From assembly GCA_963769185.1 (NCBI GenBank), contig CAVYKP010000007.1, positions 466,449-530,448 on the forward strand: 64,000 bases of DNA, read 5' to 3'. Position 1 is the stretch's first letter, and every line of letters starts with the position of its first letter. Position numbers and translations under genes: made by a program. The notes under the pieces are model-generated. The model worked only from the letters and a program-made list of their open reading frames with translations, was not told where the DNA came from and searched no databases. Positions 56,801 through 64,000 of the stretch are shown one piece after another. The DNA comes from an uncultured Acidobacteriaceae bacterium. GTDB lineage: Bacteria; Acidobacteriota; Terriglobia; Terriglobales; Acidobacteriaceae.

Positions 56801-59582
56801 CTACGCCATAGGGAGTGTTGAGTACAGCGCCGGCTGCCGGGCCGCCGTCCCCGCTATAGCCGCCCGCTCCATAGGTGCCGGTTCCGTGTCCGTTGCCCGC
56901 GATGGTCGATATGAGGGATGTGACAGCGTCCACCTTGCGGATGACATGGTTGAACGTATCGGCGACGTACAAGTTCCCCGCGCTGTCGATGGCGACCCCG
57001 TATGGATCAAAGAGTGCGGCGCTGGTCGCGGGACCGCCATCGCCGCTGTAGCCGCTTGTGCTCGAGCCGGCCACTGTGCTGATCACGCCGGTTTGCGCCG
57101 CGACTTCACGGATTCGGCTGTTGCCTGCATCGGCGATATAGAGGTTGCCGAGGCTGTCGGTCGCGAGTCCAGTGGGGTAATACAGCTCTGCGGCCCCCGC
57201 CGGGCCGCCATCGCCGGCGTAGCCCGGCGTACCAGTGCCGGCGATCGTGGTGATCTTCCCAGTCGCGGCTGCAACCTTCCGCACTACGTTGTTAGCCCTA
57301 TCCGCGATGTACACGTTGCCCGCACGATCGACCGCGACCCCCGTGGGATAGAACAGTTGGGCGCTGGCCGCCGGCCCATTGTCGCCGCTGTAGCCGACCG
57401 TTCCGTTGCCCGCGAAGGTGGTAATGATCCCGGTTCCAGGGGCTACCTTGCGGACAACATTGTTGCTGGAGTCGGCAATGTAGAGATTACCGGCGCTGTC
57501 CACCGCGGTCGCGAAGGGGTAGTTGAGGTCGGCGGCCACCGCAGCACCGCCGTCTCCGCTATAGCCGTAGCTTCCGTTGCCGGCAATGGAGTAGATCAGC
57601 GAAGTGGCCGAAGAGCCAATGAGGTACTGCGCGCTCACAGCCGGGCTTGGGGCGTATCCATAGGCCGTCGCGGTCGCCACCACGGTCTCCGAGGACGAGA
57701 CAGGGATGGGGCCCGTATATCGCTGCGAAGCCGCGGCCGGCAACGTGCCGTTGATCGAGTAAGAGATCACGGCGCCGGCGGTGGAGTCTGAGATGGTTAC
57801 GCTTTGCGCGCCAGGATAAACCCCCGAAGCAGGTGATATCACCGGGGCGGCCGTGGGAGCAAGATTCAGATAGTAGGTGGTACTCGCGAAGCTGCTCTGC
57901 TGGTAGCCCCTCTCGATGGCATAGGCCTGGATCGTGGTCCTGCCTGCCGACGGAAGAGCAATGGGCCCCGTGTATTCGACCCAACCGCTGGTCTGCAACG
58001 CTCCGCTGGCCGCGTAATAAACGGTCGTGGTCGGAGTTGTATCTGTGATGGTTATGGTTTGCACCGAGTTGTAAGACCCGGTGGCGGGCGAGATGTTCGG
58101 CGTGGCCACGACCGGGGTGAGCGGCACACTGTTGGAGAGGCTGGCGACGTAGTTGCTATCTCCGGCATAACTGGCTACGACCTGTTGCGTGCCCGGCCCG
58201 GGCGGCGAGAGAGAGCCGGCGCTTGCCGTGGCAGACTCCAGGATAGAAAGCAGCACCGAGACATTGTCGTTTTCGTTGCCCACGGCCAAGTCCGAAAGGC
58301 CCGATCCCGTGAAATCTGCTGTCACTGTGGACTGCGGGAAATCCCCGACAAAGATAGGCCCGACGGCTGCTGGAGTGAACGTTCCGTCCCCGGCTCCAAG
58401 CAGGATAGACACCGTGTCGTTCCCATTGTTGGCGACAGCGAGATCGGCGATGCCGTCCCCGTTGAAGTCGCCCACCGCCGCCGATTCCGGGGTTCTACCC
58501 ATCGTAATCGGGCTGCCGGTTGCCTGGGTAAAGGTGCCGTCGCCATTGCCCAGCAGGATCGAGATTGTGCCTGAATCGCCACCATAGTAGTTGTTGTTCG
58601 ACACGGCGAGGTCGGCTTTGCCGTCCCGGTTGAAGTCAGCCGTCGACAACGTCCACGGAAAGTTGCCCACGGCAATCGGGCTGCCGGTTGCCTGCGTGAA
58701 CGTTCCGTCGCCGCTGCCGAGAAGAACGGTCACGCTATTGTCGTGGAAGTTCGCGGTAGCCAGGTCGGCTTTTCCGTCGCCGTTAAAATCTCCCGCCGCG
58801 ATCCCGTTTGGCGTTACGCCCACGGTAGGCTTGGTGGCCGCCACCGCGAATGTCCCGTCACCCTTGCCGAGCAGGATGGTCAGCGTGCTGGGATCGTAGC
58901 TTTCTCCATCGTTCGCCGCTGCCAGATCGGGGATTCCATCGCCATTCAAGTCGGCTACGGCGATCGCCTTCGGGATGTCGAAGGGGCCGCCCACCGCAAT
59001 CGGGCTGCCGGGAGCCTGGGTGAAGGTGCCATCCCCTTTGCCAAGAAAGATGCTGACGGCGCCGCCATAGTAACCATTGGCCACCGCCAGATCGGGCTTG
59101 CCATCTCCGTTGAAATCCCCGGTGGCTACGTAATCCGCAGTGTTGCCGAGGGTGATGGGGCTACCCGCCGGCTGAGTAAAGGTCCCGTCCCCGTTGCCAA
59201 GAAGAATCGACACCGAACCGCCGTAGTTCGCTACGGCAAGGTCCGGGATCCCATCGCCATTGAAATCCGCCGTGGCCAACGACAAGGGGAGGTCCCCCGT
59301 TTGCGGCGTTTGTGAATTGAGAAAGCTGAGGCCGGTCGTCTCATGGCTGAGGCTAACGGTCGCCAGCGATGTATTTCCGGCAGTGCTGTCTAGAAAGGAC
59401 ACGAGCCCGGTTGGGGGAGGCAGACCGGCCTTATGGGCCTGACTGCCCACGGTCGCCGTGAGGGTGTAATCTCCTGGCGAGCCGGACTGGGCGAGTGTCG
59501 TTATGGACGGATACGTTCCGGTCACGGTCAGCGCCGACGCGCCCGAGGAACTGCCGGCATACGTGTTGGTTCCGGCAAACAC
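53880..59582 (-). CDS. Giant FG-GAP/VCBS plus NHL-repeat plus Ig-like (Big_3_5-type) surface protein, main reading frame
   Basis: 1900-aa ORF. About 8 FG-GAP/VCBS units (DFNGDGKPDLAVAN). Chitobiase/Fn3_assoc-like modules (YYTTDGSTPT ... YSGPI). At least 15 NHL-like units (GYSGDGGPA ... P.GVAVD.AGNLYIAD..N..VRKV). C-terminal Ig-like domains and a double-TM tail. Confidence 0.85.
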   Translation of the reverse strand: MFAGTNTYAGSSSGASALTVTGTYPSITTLAQSGSPGDYTLTATVGSQAHKAGLPPPTGLVSFLDSTAGNTSLATVSLSHETTGLSFLNSQTPQTGDLPLSLATADFNGDGIPDLAVANYGGSVSILLGNGDGTFTQPAGSPITLGNTADYVATGDFNGDGKPDLAVANGYYGGAVSIFLGKGDGTFTQAPGSPIAVGGPFDIPKAIAVADLNGDGIPDLAAANDGESYDPSTLTILLGKGDGTFAVAATKPTVGVTPNGIAAGDFNGDGKADLATANFHDNSVTVLLGSGDGTFTQATGSPIAVGNFPWTLSTADFNRDGKADLAVSNNNYYGGDSGTISILLGNGDGTFTQATGSPITMGRTPESAAVGDFNGDGIADLAVANNGNDTVSILLGAGDGTFTPAAVGPIFVGDFPQSTVTADFTGSGLSDLAVGNENDNVSVLLSILESATASAGSLSPPGPGTQQVVASYAGDSNYVASLSNSVPLTPVVATPNISPATGSYNSVQTITITDTTPTTTVYYAASGALQTSGWVEYTGPIALPSAGRTTIQAYAIERGYQQSSFASTTYYLNLAPTAAPVISPASGVYPGAQSVTISDSTAGAVISYSINGTLPAAASQRYTGPIPVSSSETVVATATAYGYAPSPAVSAQYLIGSSATSLIYSIAGNGSYGYSGDGGAAVAADLNYPFATAVDSAGNLYIADSSNNVVRKVAPGTGIITTFAGNGTVGYSGDNGPAASAQLFYPTGVAVDRAGNVYIADRANNVVRKVAAATGKITTIAGTGTPGYAGDGGPAGAAELYYPTGLATDSLGNLYIADAGNSRIREVAAQTGVISTVAGSSTSGYSGDGGPATSAALFDPYGVAIDSAGNLYVADTFNHVIRKVDAVTSLISTIAGNGHGTGTYGAGGYSGDGGPAAGAVLNTPYGVAVDGAGNLFIADTSNQVIRQVAAGTGIISTVVGNGAQCTSPGGDGGPATSAALCYPQSVTVDSAGNRYIASGAQIRLVTAPGTPPSLTAAKPAFSVAAGTYASPQTVTITDSTPGAAIYVTLDGSTPTTAGQGYNGPINVSGNVTIQAIAVGPGYLASPPVSASYTITSPPTVVINTVAGNGAFGFSGIGGPATSAQLGAIAGVALDGSGNLYFADPSNHTVWQVAAQTGIASIVAGNGSTGYGGDGGPATAATFYNPDAVAVDRAGNLYIADQFIGVVRKVAASTGLITTYAGGGRSGDGGPAIGASLNAPGGLALDGAGNLYIADTYNCRVRMVSANSGVITTVAGKGTCDSSGDGGLATAAGVAEPNALALDSAGNLYISYYAGVRKVTAATGIITTVAGISDEFGSSGDGGLATHAQVGPQGVALDSAGNIYISDWSNVVRVVSATSGIITRFAGNGYPGYSGDGGSATVAELRTPAGIAFDASGNLYIADSGNYRVREVSSPRAPAGIPVFNPAAGSYTGAQMVAITDGTKDATIYYTTDGSTPTTLSNVYSGPIPIATTTTLQAFAVAAGYPQSAAASAVYTIHLPPAPAVTVTASSTSITTAQALTVTVTVGGGSGSATATGSVSLTSGSYSAQQNLANGATTFSLAAGVLPVGSDVLTAVYAPDASSATQYKSATDSATVTVTQASNAGTTTVTLTPSATTVTNEQPVNVAVSVAGAAGQATPTGTVTFGGGSYSSQQPLTAGAASFSIPAGGLSASTNTLTANYSGDGTYAAARGSVTVTVAPVVAAASNPSPATAGGSATATVTFSAGSNYSGTLNLACALTASPTGAQSMPTCNLNPASVTLAAGGQATTVLTAKTTAALSSSSLHRPGTQDLWQRWGGGGVLALALMFGIPGLRGRRPALLIGLCAVIAAGVIGCGGGGAPSSNQPGTPATTVGSYTFSVTATDASTTKIIASTYVTVTVQ

Positions 59583-59619
59583 GGCTTTGTAACTATGGCT
59601 GCCGATCCCCGGCCGGAAC

Positions 59620-59985
59620 TTAAGCGCCGCTGTTCCCCGCGCTGGTCAACTGCGCCGTTCCAACGATATGGATGTCGGTGCAGTAGACCGCCGAGGCGTC
59701 GCAGAAGTTTACATGGCCGGCGGTCACCGCGGTCGAGCCGGTCTTCACCGACGCCACAAGGGTGACAACGCTACCGGAGGCAACCGAGCTTGACGCGCTG
59801 CCGCCAGAGGTCAAAGCGAGAGTTGTGCTGGTCGCAGTGCTGCTTTCCGCGGATGCGTTGGCCCAACCTCCAAGCAGCGTAAAGGCGGCCAGGCACAGTC
59901 CTGCGGGCGTGGCTGGACGGGTGAAGATAAGGTGGAATCCACGCAGCAGCCTGGAGCAACAAACGAGTAAGGCAGCAAAAACCAT
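59620..59985 (-). CDS. Signal peptide plus first Ig-like domain fragment, probably the frameshifted N-terminus of the 53880..59582 gene
   Basis: 121 aa. Signal-like LCLAAFTLLGGWANASA, then the start of a Big_3_5-like domain. The downstream frame continues ...TAALKFRPGIGSHSYKAVFAGTNTYAG. Confidence 0.6.
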   Translation of the reverse strand: MVFAALLVCCSRLLRGFHLIFTRPATPAGLCLAAFTLLGGWANASAESSTATSTTLALTSGGSASSSVASGSVVTLVASVKTGSTAVTAGHVNFCDASAVYCTDIHIVGTAQLTSAGNSGA

Positions 59986-60527
59986 AGCAGTAAACCACCG
60001 TGTAAGGGTGAAATGAATCTCTCATCAAATTTTTCACCGGCGCCCGAACAGCAGCACTCGGCTCAACAGGCGCACGCAATCATCACAAGCACAAGGGTTT
60101 CTTAAGTTTCGCCAGCCTGCCGAAGCTACCACGATTCCCGTCGTTTCGCCGCGAATAATCGGTAAAAGCGATGCAATCCTTTTGGGACCTGGCCCAGGCC
60201 ATCGATAGAAACGCCGATCACAGGCCAGGGAATGGAGGCCGATGACAGTTCACCGGCGTTCCGACGCTTAGGGATCTAGATGGCGAGCCCTCCTGGTACT
60301 TACGTTTCGCAGCGTAGCGAACAACGAAAGTTTCAACCAGAAAGACGAGCGCGCCGCCAAGGAAGTCTCATAACTCGACCGGACTTCGATCAGAGTCTAC
60401 CTGTAATGAACCGTTACAGAATCGGCACCAAAGTTGTAGGTCTGCGGACTCGGGGATTCAGGCGGATTCAGGACAGCGCCGATCTCCCGGCCCCAAACCA
60501 GCAAACCGTGTCGACGGCGAGCAGCTA

Positions 60528-60546
60528 GAATTGCTGCAATAGGTAT
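60528..60546. repeat. 19-bp exact direct repeat, right copy
   Basis: GAATTGCTGCAATAGGTAT, identical to 48992-49010. Confidence 0.9.
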
Positions 60547-60978
60547 ACGTTATTCCGATGCGTGCCTGAGGGTCAGGCTTGACAATATCGTTCATAGGCC
60601 AAAACAAAACTTGAGCGCAAGTTAGGGGCTCCATGTCGAATGAGTAATGAAAAACGCGCCAGGCGTCCCGCCATTAGGTCCGTTCAGAATTGCTGAACGC
60701 TGGCCGACTTATCAGAACTGATCTTTCCAGATGGGACTGGCCTTTTCCGAGCCGTTGCTCAAGCAGTAACTGACGGATAGGCGACCACCCGACCGAGTTT
60801 TAGCGGATCGGGGAAAAGACAGTTGGCGTTTCAGGGTTTGAGAATCGTTCCGGCAACGACGTTCGTGCAAACCCGTCGGCCCATAGGTACGTCGTTCCCC
60901 CCAACCGCCAAAGCCTGTCTGCGTTGGTTTTGTCGAGATGTTCGATTCTCGGGTATTGCCAAGAATGGAGGAATCTTT

Positions 60979-61947
60979 CTACCAACCGATCGTTATCAAT
61001 GAAGTAAACGCCACGTTTGTCCTGGTAGGTCGGTGTTCCTTCATACGCGCCATGCTTGGGCGGAACTCACCAAGATAATGAAGCGAGGCTGAGTCAAACT
61101 GGGAGTATCTGTAACCGAGGACCCAGACGTAAATCTCGCAAGCCAGCATGGCTGGGCCGACCTTTCTGCATTCCGCCTTATCCAGAGTTTGCGCATCCCA
61201 GAAATAGTGAGTCTTGTCCTCTGCTAGGAATGCGTCTACGTCTTTTGGGGCAACATGAAAGGATGCTGCATTGGCCTGCTTGAGCGGCCGTTCTTTACAG
61301 AAAATGGCTTGATTGCTTATCCAGTACGGACCGCCTAAATCCACTACGTCTTTGGGATTGGCTTCATAAACAACGGTGGCACCGAAGAACACATGCCTGG
61401 CGTCACGCGCCAACCTGTCTTCTGGATACCAACTATTGCTAAGTAATGAAAATGTTGTAGGGTTGGCATCTTTTATAGCCGTTCCACGTAGGTAAACGTG
61501 GGTCGAGTCCTTAAAGTATCGCTGATCGATGTAGGTGAATGTCCGAGGATCAGCGCCGCTCACAATCGCCACGCGGAAGTACACATGAGATACGTCGCGC
61601 GAGTAGTCAAATTGGAGGTAGGAAAAGGTCTTGGGATCGGCACCGGAAATCACGACTCCATGCCAGTACGCGTGAAACCCGTCGACAGCATATCCGGAAT
61701 CGTGAACACACGGAATAGACTCGAGGTATGGATCTAGACCGGTCAGGACATGAAAGGTCGCAAGGTCAGCACCTTCGACCTTCTTACCCTCGAAGAACCA
61801 GCCTTTATCGGACTTGCGATGGTTCTCGTCCGCACATTGCGCAGCTTGCGCCGTACTGCAGAGCAGCAAACACACCACCGGAAGAACCAAGCTCATCCAT
61901 CGCATCACTTTGCGAGCCAGCACCGTGTCAAAGCGTTCAAAGCCCAT
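60979..61947 (-). CDS. DKNYY-repeat family protein (secreted)
   Basis: 322 aa with a signal peptide. Repeated units of the type D..HVYF/L.G..I.GADP.TF (DVSHVYFRVAIVSGADPRTF, DSTHVYLRGTAIKDANPTTF, DARHVFFGATVVYEANPKD). The C-terminal ~60 aa are atypical. Confidence 0.65.
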   Translation of the reverse strand: MGFERFDTVLARKVMRWMSLVLPVVCLLLCSTAQAAQCADENHRKSDKGWFFEGKKVEGADLATFHVLTGLDPYLESIPCVHDSGYAVDGFHAYWHGVVISGADPKTFSYLQFDYSRDVSHVYFRVAIVSGADPRTFTYIDQRYFKDSTHVYLRGTAIKDANPTTFSLLSNSWYPEDRLARDARHVFFGATVVYEANPKDVVDLGGPYWISNQAIFCKERPLKQANAASFHVAPKDVDAFLAEDKTHYFWDAQTLDKAECRKVGPAMLACEIYVWVLGYRYSQFDSASLHYLGEFRPSMARMKEHRPTRTNVAFTSLITIGW

Positions 61948-62263
61948 GCTGTTATGGACACCTGCAGTTCTGGAATTGTTCCTTACTTTAATCCCAATTA
62001 GACGTCATCGGCCTATTATGGGCGATTAACCGCCAAACCGGAAGTATCGCGTTGAAATGTCCGGATTGGCGACGATCCATCCAGAACTCCGAAGACCGCG
62101 CCGATTCAAGGTTGGAAACGCGCATTGGAATGAAGGCGACAATTAAAGACTACTTCCGGTTTGCCGGTGATTTACCCACAGACGGCTATTAATTAAGCAA
62201 ACCACCAGCTTCCGCTATCACTGTGCTGGAACGGGAGCGCACTTCGAACAGTATTCGGCTCAT

Positions 62264-63283
62264 TCAATTCCGCTGACTCAGCTTCGAGAGGAATGCTTGC
62301 ACGGTATGCAAGCACTCCGTTTCGTTCGAGAGAAAGACAAAATGATTTCCATGGGGGATGGTGATGACACGGGCTACAGGCACACCACTTTCAACTGATT
62401 TCTCCTGCCTCTCTGTCATAGCTCCTAAAGCGGTGTAATAAGCCTTTGCATCGGACCGTACGGATGCATCGGCACTTGAATCAACCCAGGCGCCCACGCT
62501 GTGTGGATTCGCGAAAATGAAAAGGGAGGGAACGGGAATCCTGGTGTACTTTTGTCCCCCCGAAAGCAATTTCATCAACATGGAACCGCCGGGTGGATCG
62601 CGAAAATCGCCAACGGTTCCGTCCGGATTCGTTTGCCTCTCCTCGCGAAGCTCTCCCTCCGGAAATTCGAAGCCGTCCGTGCGGTCTTCGTACCTCTGCA
62701 ACGCCTTGAACTTGACAAGGTCTACTGCAGTCGGGGGTGGAGATTGAGGCGCCTTCAACTTCATCATGTCCAAAGCTGAAGCTCCCTTGCCGTCATCGAA
62801 TGCGTAGGAATAGCCCGCCTCGAGGTACACCACGCCTGCAATTCGATCTGGGTGCGCGTTTGCCATCCAACTCAATTCAGCACCGGCGATAGAGTGTCCT
62901 ACTAAGATTGGCTTGTCCAGTTTGAGGGCATCGATTACGGCGAGAACGTCCTCGCCCAGCCGGTCACCTACGTTCTCCGCGTCCGCATAGCCGGAAGCGC
63001 CGAATCCGCGTCGCGTAATACCATAAACGTGATTGTGAGTTGTGAGCTTAGGCGCGAAGTCGTCAAACACATGCGCAGTGTCTCCGCCTCCTGCCAGCAG
63101 CACCACTGCTCTCCCTGAACCGCCCCAGTCCAGCACTTCCAACCGAACACCGTCACTAGCGGTTATGAACTGGATCGCATGCGGTGAAGGATCTTTCCAG
63201 GCAATGACTTTTTGTGAATGAAGGGGCACTATGAAACAAATCATCAAGGCAATGTCTGCGAGCAAGTATTGATATCGAAGCAT
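62264..63283 (-). CDS. Alpha/beta-fold hydrolase
   Basis: ORF to 63502. The likely start is MLRYQYLLADIALMICFIVPLHS (signal) at 63283. Nucleophile elbow GHSIAG. VVLLAGGGDTAHVFDDF. Confidence 0.8.
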   Translation of the reverse strand: MLRYQYLLADIALMICFIVPLHSQKVIAWKDPSPHAIQFITASDGVRLEVLDWGGSGRAVVLLAGGGDTAHVFDDFAPKLTTHNHVYGITRRGFGASGYADAENVGDRLGEDVLAVIDALKLDKPILVGHSIAGAELSWMANAHPDRIAGVVYLEAGYSYAFDDGKGASALDMMKLKAPQSPPPTAVDLVKFKALQRYEDRTDGFEFPEGELREERQTNPDGTVGDFRDPPGGSMLMKLLSGGQKYTRIPVPSLFIFANPHSVGAWVDSSADASVRSDAKAYYTALGAMTERQEKSVESGVPVARVITIPHGNHFVFLSNETECLHTVQAFLSKLSQRN

Positions 63284-63543
63284 GAGAGTGTCGGCGCCCC
63301 TATCAGCATTCGAGTACGCGCGAAACCTTCGGAAAGTTCCCCCTCTTTGGCTTGATGGCCACTGAATCAACGCTTGAGGGCATCGGGGATATGCCAAGGG
63401 ACAATTGGCGTGAGCTTGGGTACGGGGAACCGTTGTGGGTAAGTAGTCGGGAACTCCGAAGGTCGGGGTATTGGAAGAGCTCGATTGACGCATCATCGTC
63501 ATAACTGGCCAAACTACTTGATTTTAATTAGCTTCGCTTAACA

Positions 63544-63858
63544 TTAAGGAGCAAGCAGCTTTGGACCGGTTATCTCTACCGATGCGCTCATTGAGCGTTG
63601 TAGGCGTTTGGGTTTTCGAGTTCCGAGCGAGTCACCGCCTACTCGGAAATAAACCCTTGAATTTGGACTTGCAAGCCCATAATGTCCGAGAATCACCTGC
63701 TGCACTCGGATAATATTCTGTCGCGCGTCATCGCCATCCATGGCGACGGACCAGGCATTCGAGGCGCGGAGCTGACCTTCGATCGAATTCGTTGTGGCTT
63801 TGTCTTGCTGTAGAAGGCGGGTCTCAATGTAAATCGTTGCCCTGGCGATGCTTTCCAA
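63544..63858 (-). CDS. Hypothetical protein (weak call)
   Basis: 104-aa ORF with no recognisable motif. Included only because no competing ORF covers this stretch. Confidence 0.2.
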   Translation of the reverse strand: MESIARATIYIETRLLQQDKATTNSIEGQLRASNAWSVAMDGDDARQNIIRVQQVILGHYGLASPNSRVYFRVGGDSLGTRKPKRLQRSMSASVEITGPKLLAP

Positions 63859-64000
63859 CAGAAATCAACTGAGCTTGCGTGGCTTGAATCCTATTTCACT
63901 TCGTGGTCCAACTCGATTCCCACGGACTCGAATTGGTAGGCGAAGGTTACTCAAGGACAGAAGCCACAAGATTGTTCCTGTCATTCGAATTCTTGATGCT

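Noticed and set aside
60800-60985. The 61-aa ORF (MVERFLHSWQYPRIEH...NPETPTVF) was considered as the C-terminal relic of a DDE transposase (ERFxRTLK...TP..F pattern), which could have linked it to the IS3 relic at 49.1 kb.
   Set aside because: The resemblance is limited to a few residues, there is no DDE-core context, and orientation and position do not fit a split IS. Too weak to call.
62033-62163. 13-bp inverted repeat (CAAACCGGAAGTA at 62034-62046 and TACTTCCGGTTTG at 62151-62163) with a 104-nt spacer, considered as a MITE or structured RNA.
   Set aside because: It is a single occurrence with no target duplication, no further pairing potential that I could see in the spacer, and no similarity to other repeats in the window. 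It could be chance or a local regulatory element.
1-64000. Scan of intergenic regions for tRNA, rRNA and tmRNA-like sequences (T-arm GGTTCGAATCC-type motifs, cloverleaf potential).
   Set aside because: No convincing candidate. The only TTCGAA-containing stretches (46727-46748, 46812-46820) lack acceptor and anticodon stem pairing.

Overview
This is a 64-kb high-GC bacterial chromosome segment. The gene content suggests Acidobacteriota, which is an inference: two ADOP-type duplicated MacB-like permeases (one PadR-coupled), a TIGR03435-family gene, a CarboxypepD_reg-type TonB-dependent receptor, and giant NHL/FG-GAP/Ig-like surface proteins. Core genes are an IscU-like scaffold, XdhC and a MobA/MocA-like transferase, a DUF3300 protein, a GAF-fused alpha-glucan phosphorylase, a CocE/NonD hydrolase, two Tat-signal GH-like proteins, a DUF4239 protein, a GreB-like factor, a CusCBA-type RND metal efflux operon, and an arsR-arsM-arsC cluster. 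The accessory and mobile layer is dense. An IS5-family IS sits exactly in the loop of a host hairpin repeat. A REP-associated tyrosine transposase (RAYT) lies inside REP arrays, and two RAYT relics occur elsewhere. There is an AbiEi/AbiEii module and a Fic-type mobile mystery protein A/B pair. A 5.6-kb cargo-carrying IS481-family transposon splits a TIGR03435 gene, and removing it restores the target frame exactly. There is also an IS3 relic, a lower-GC islet with a SEC-C / PD-(D/E)xK-like candidate nuclease, and an 11.5-kb block with two giant surface proteins bounded by a 19-bp direct repeat. Three apparent +1 frameshifts all sit in G-runs of minus-strand genes, so assembly error is a real possibility. 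I recognised no rRNA, tRNA or CRISPR array. All family calls come from reading motifs by eye; no database search was possible.
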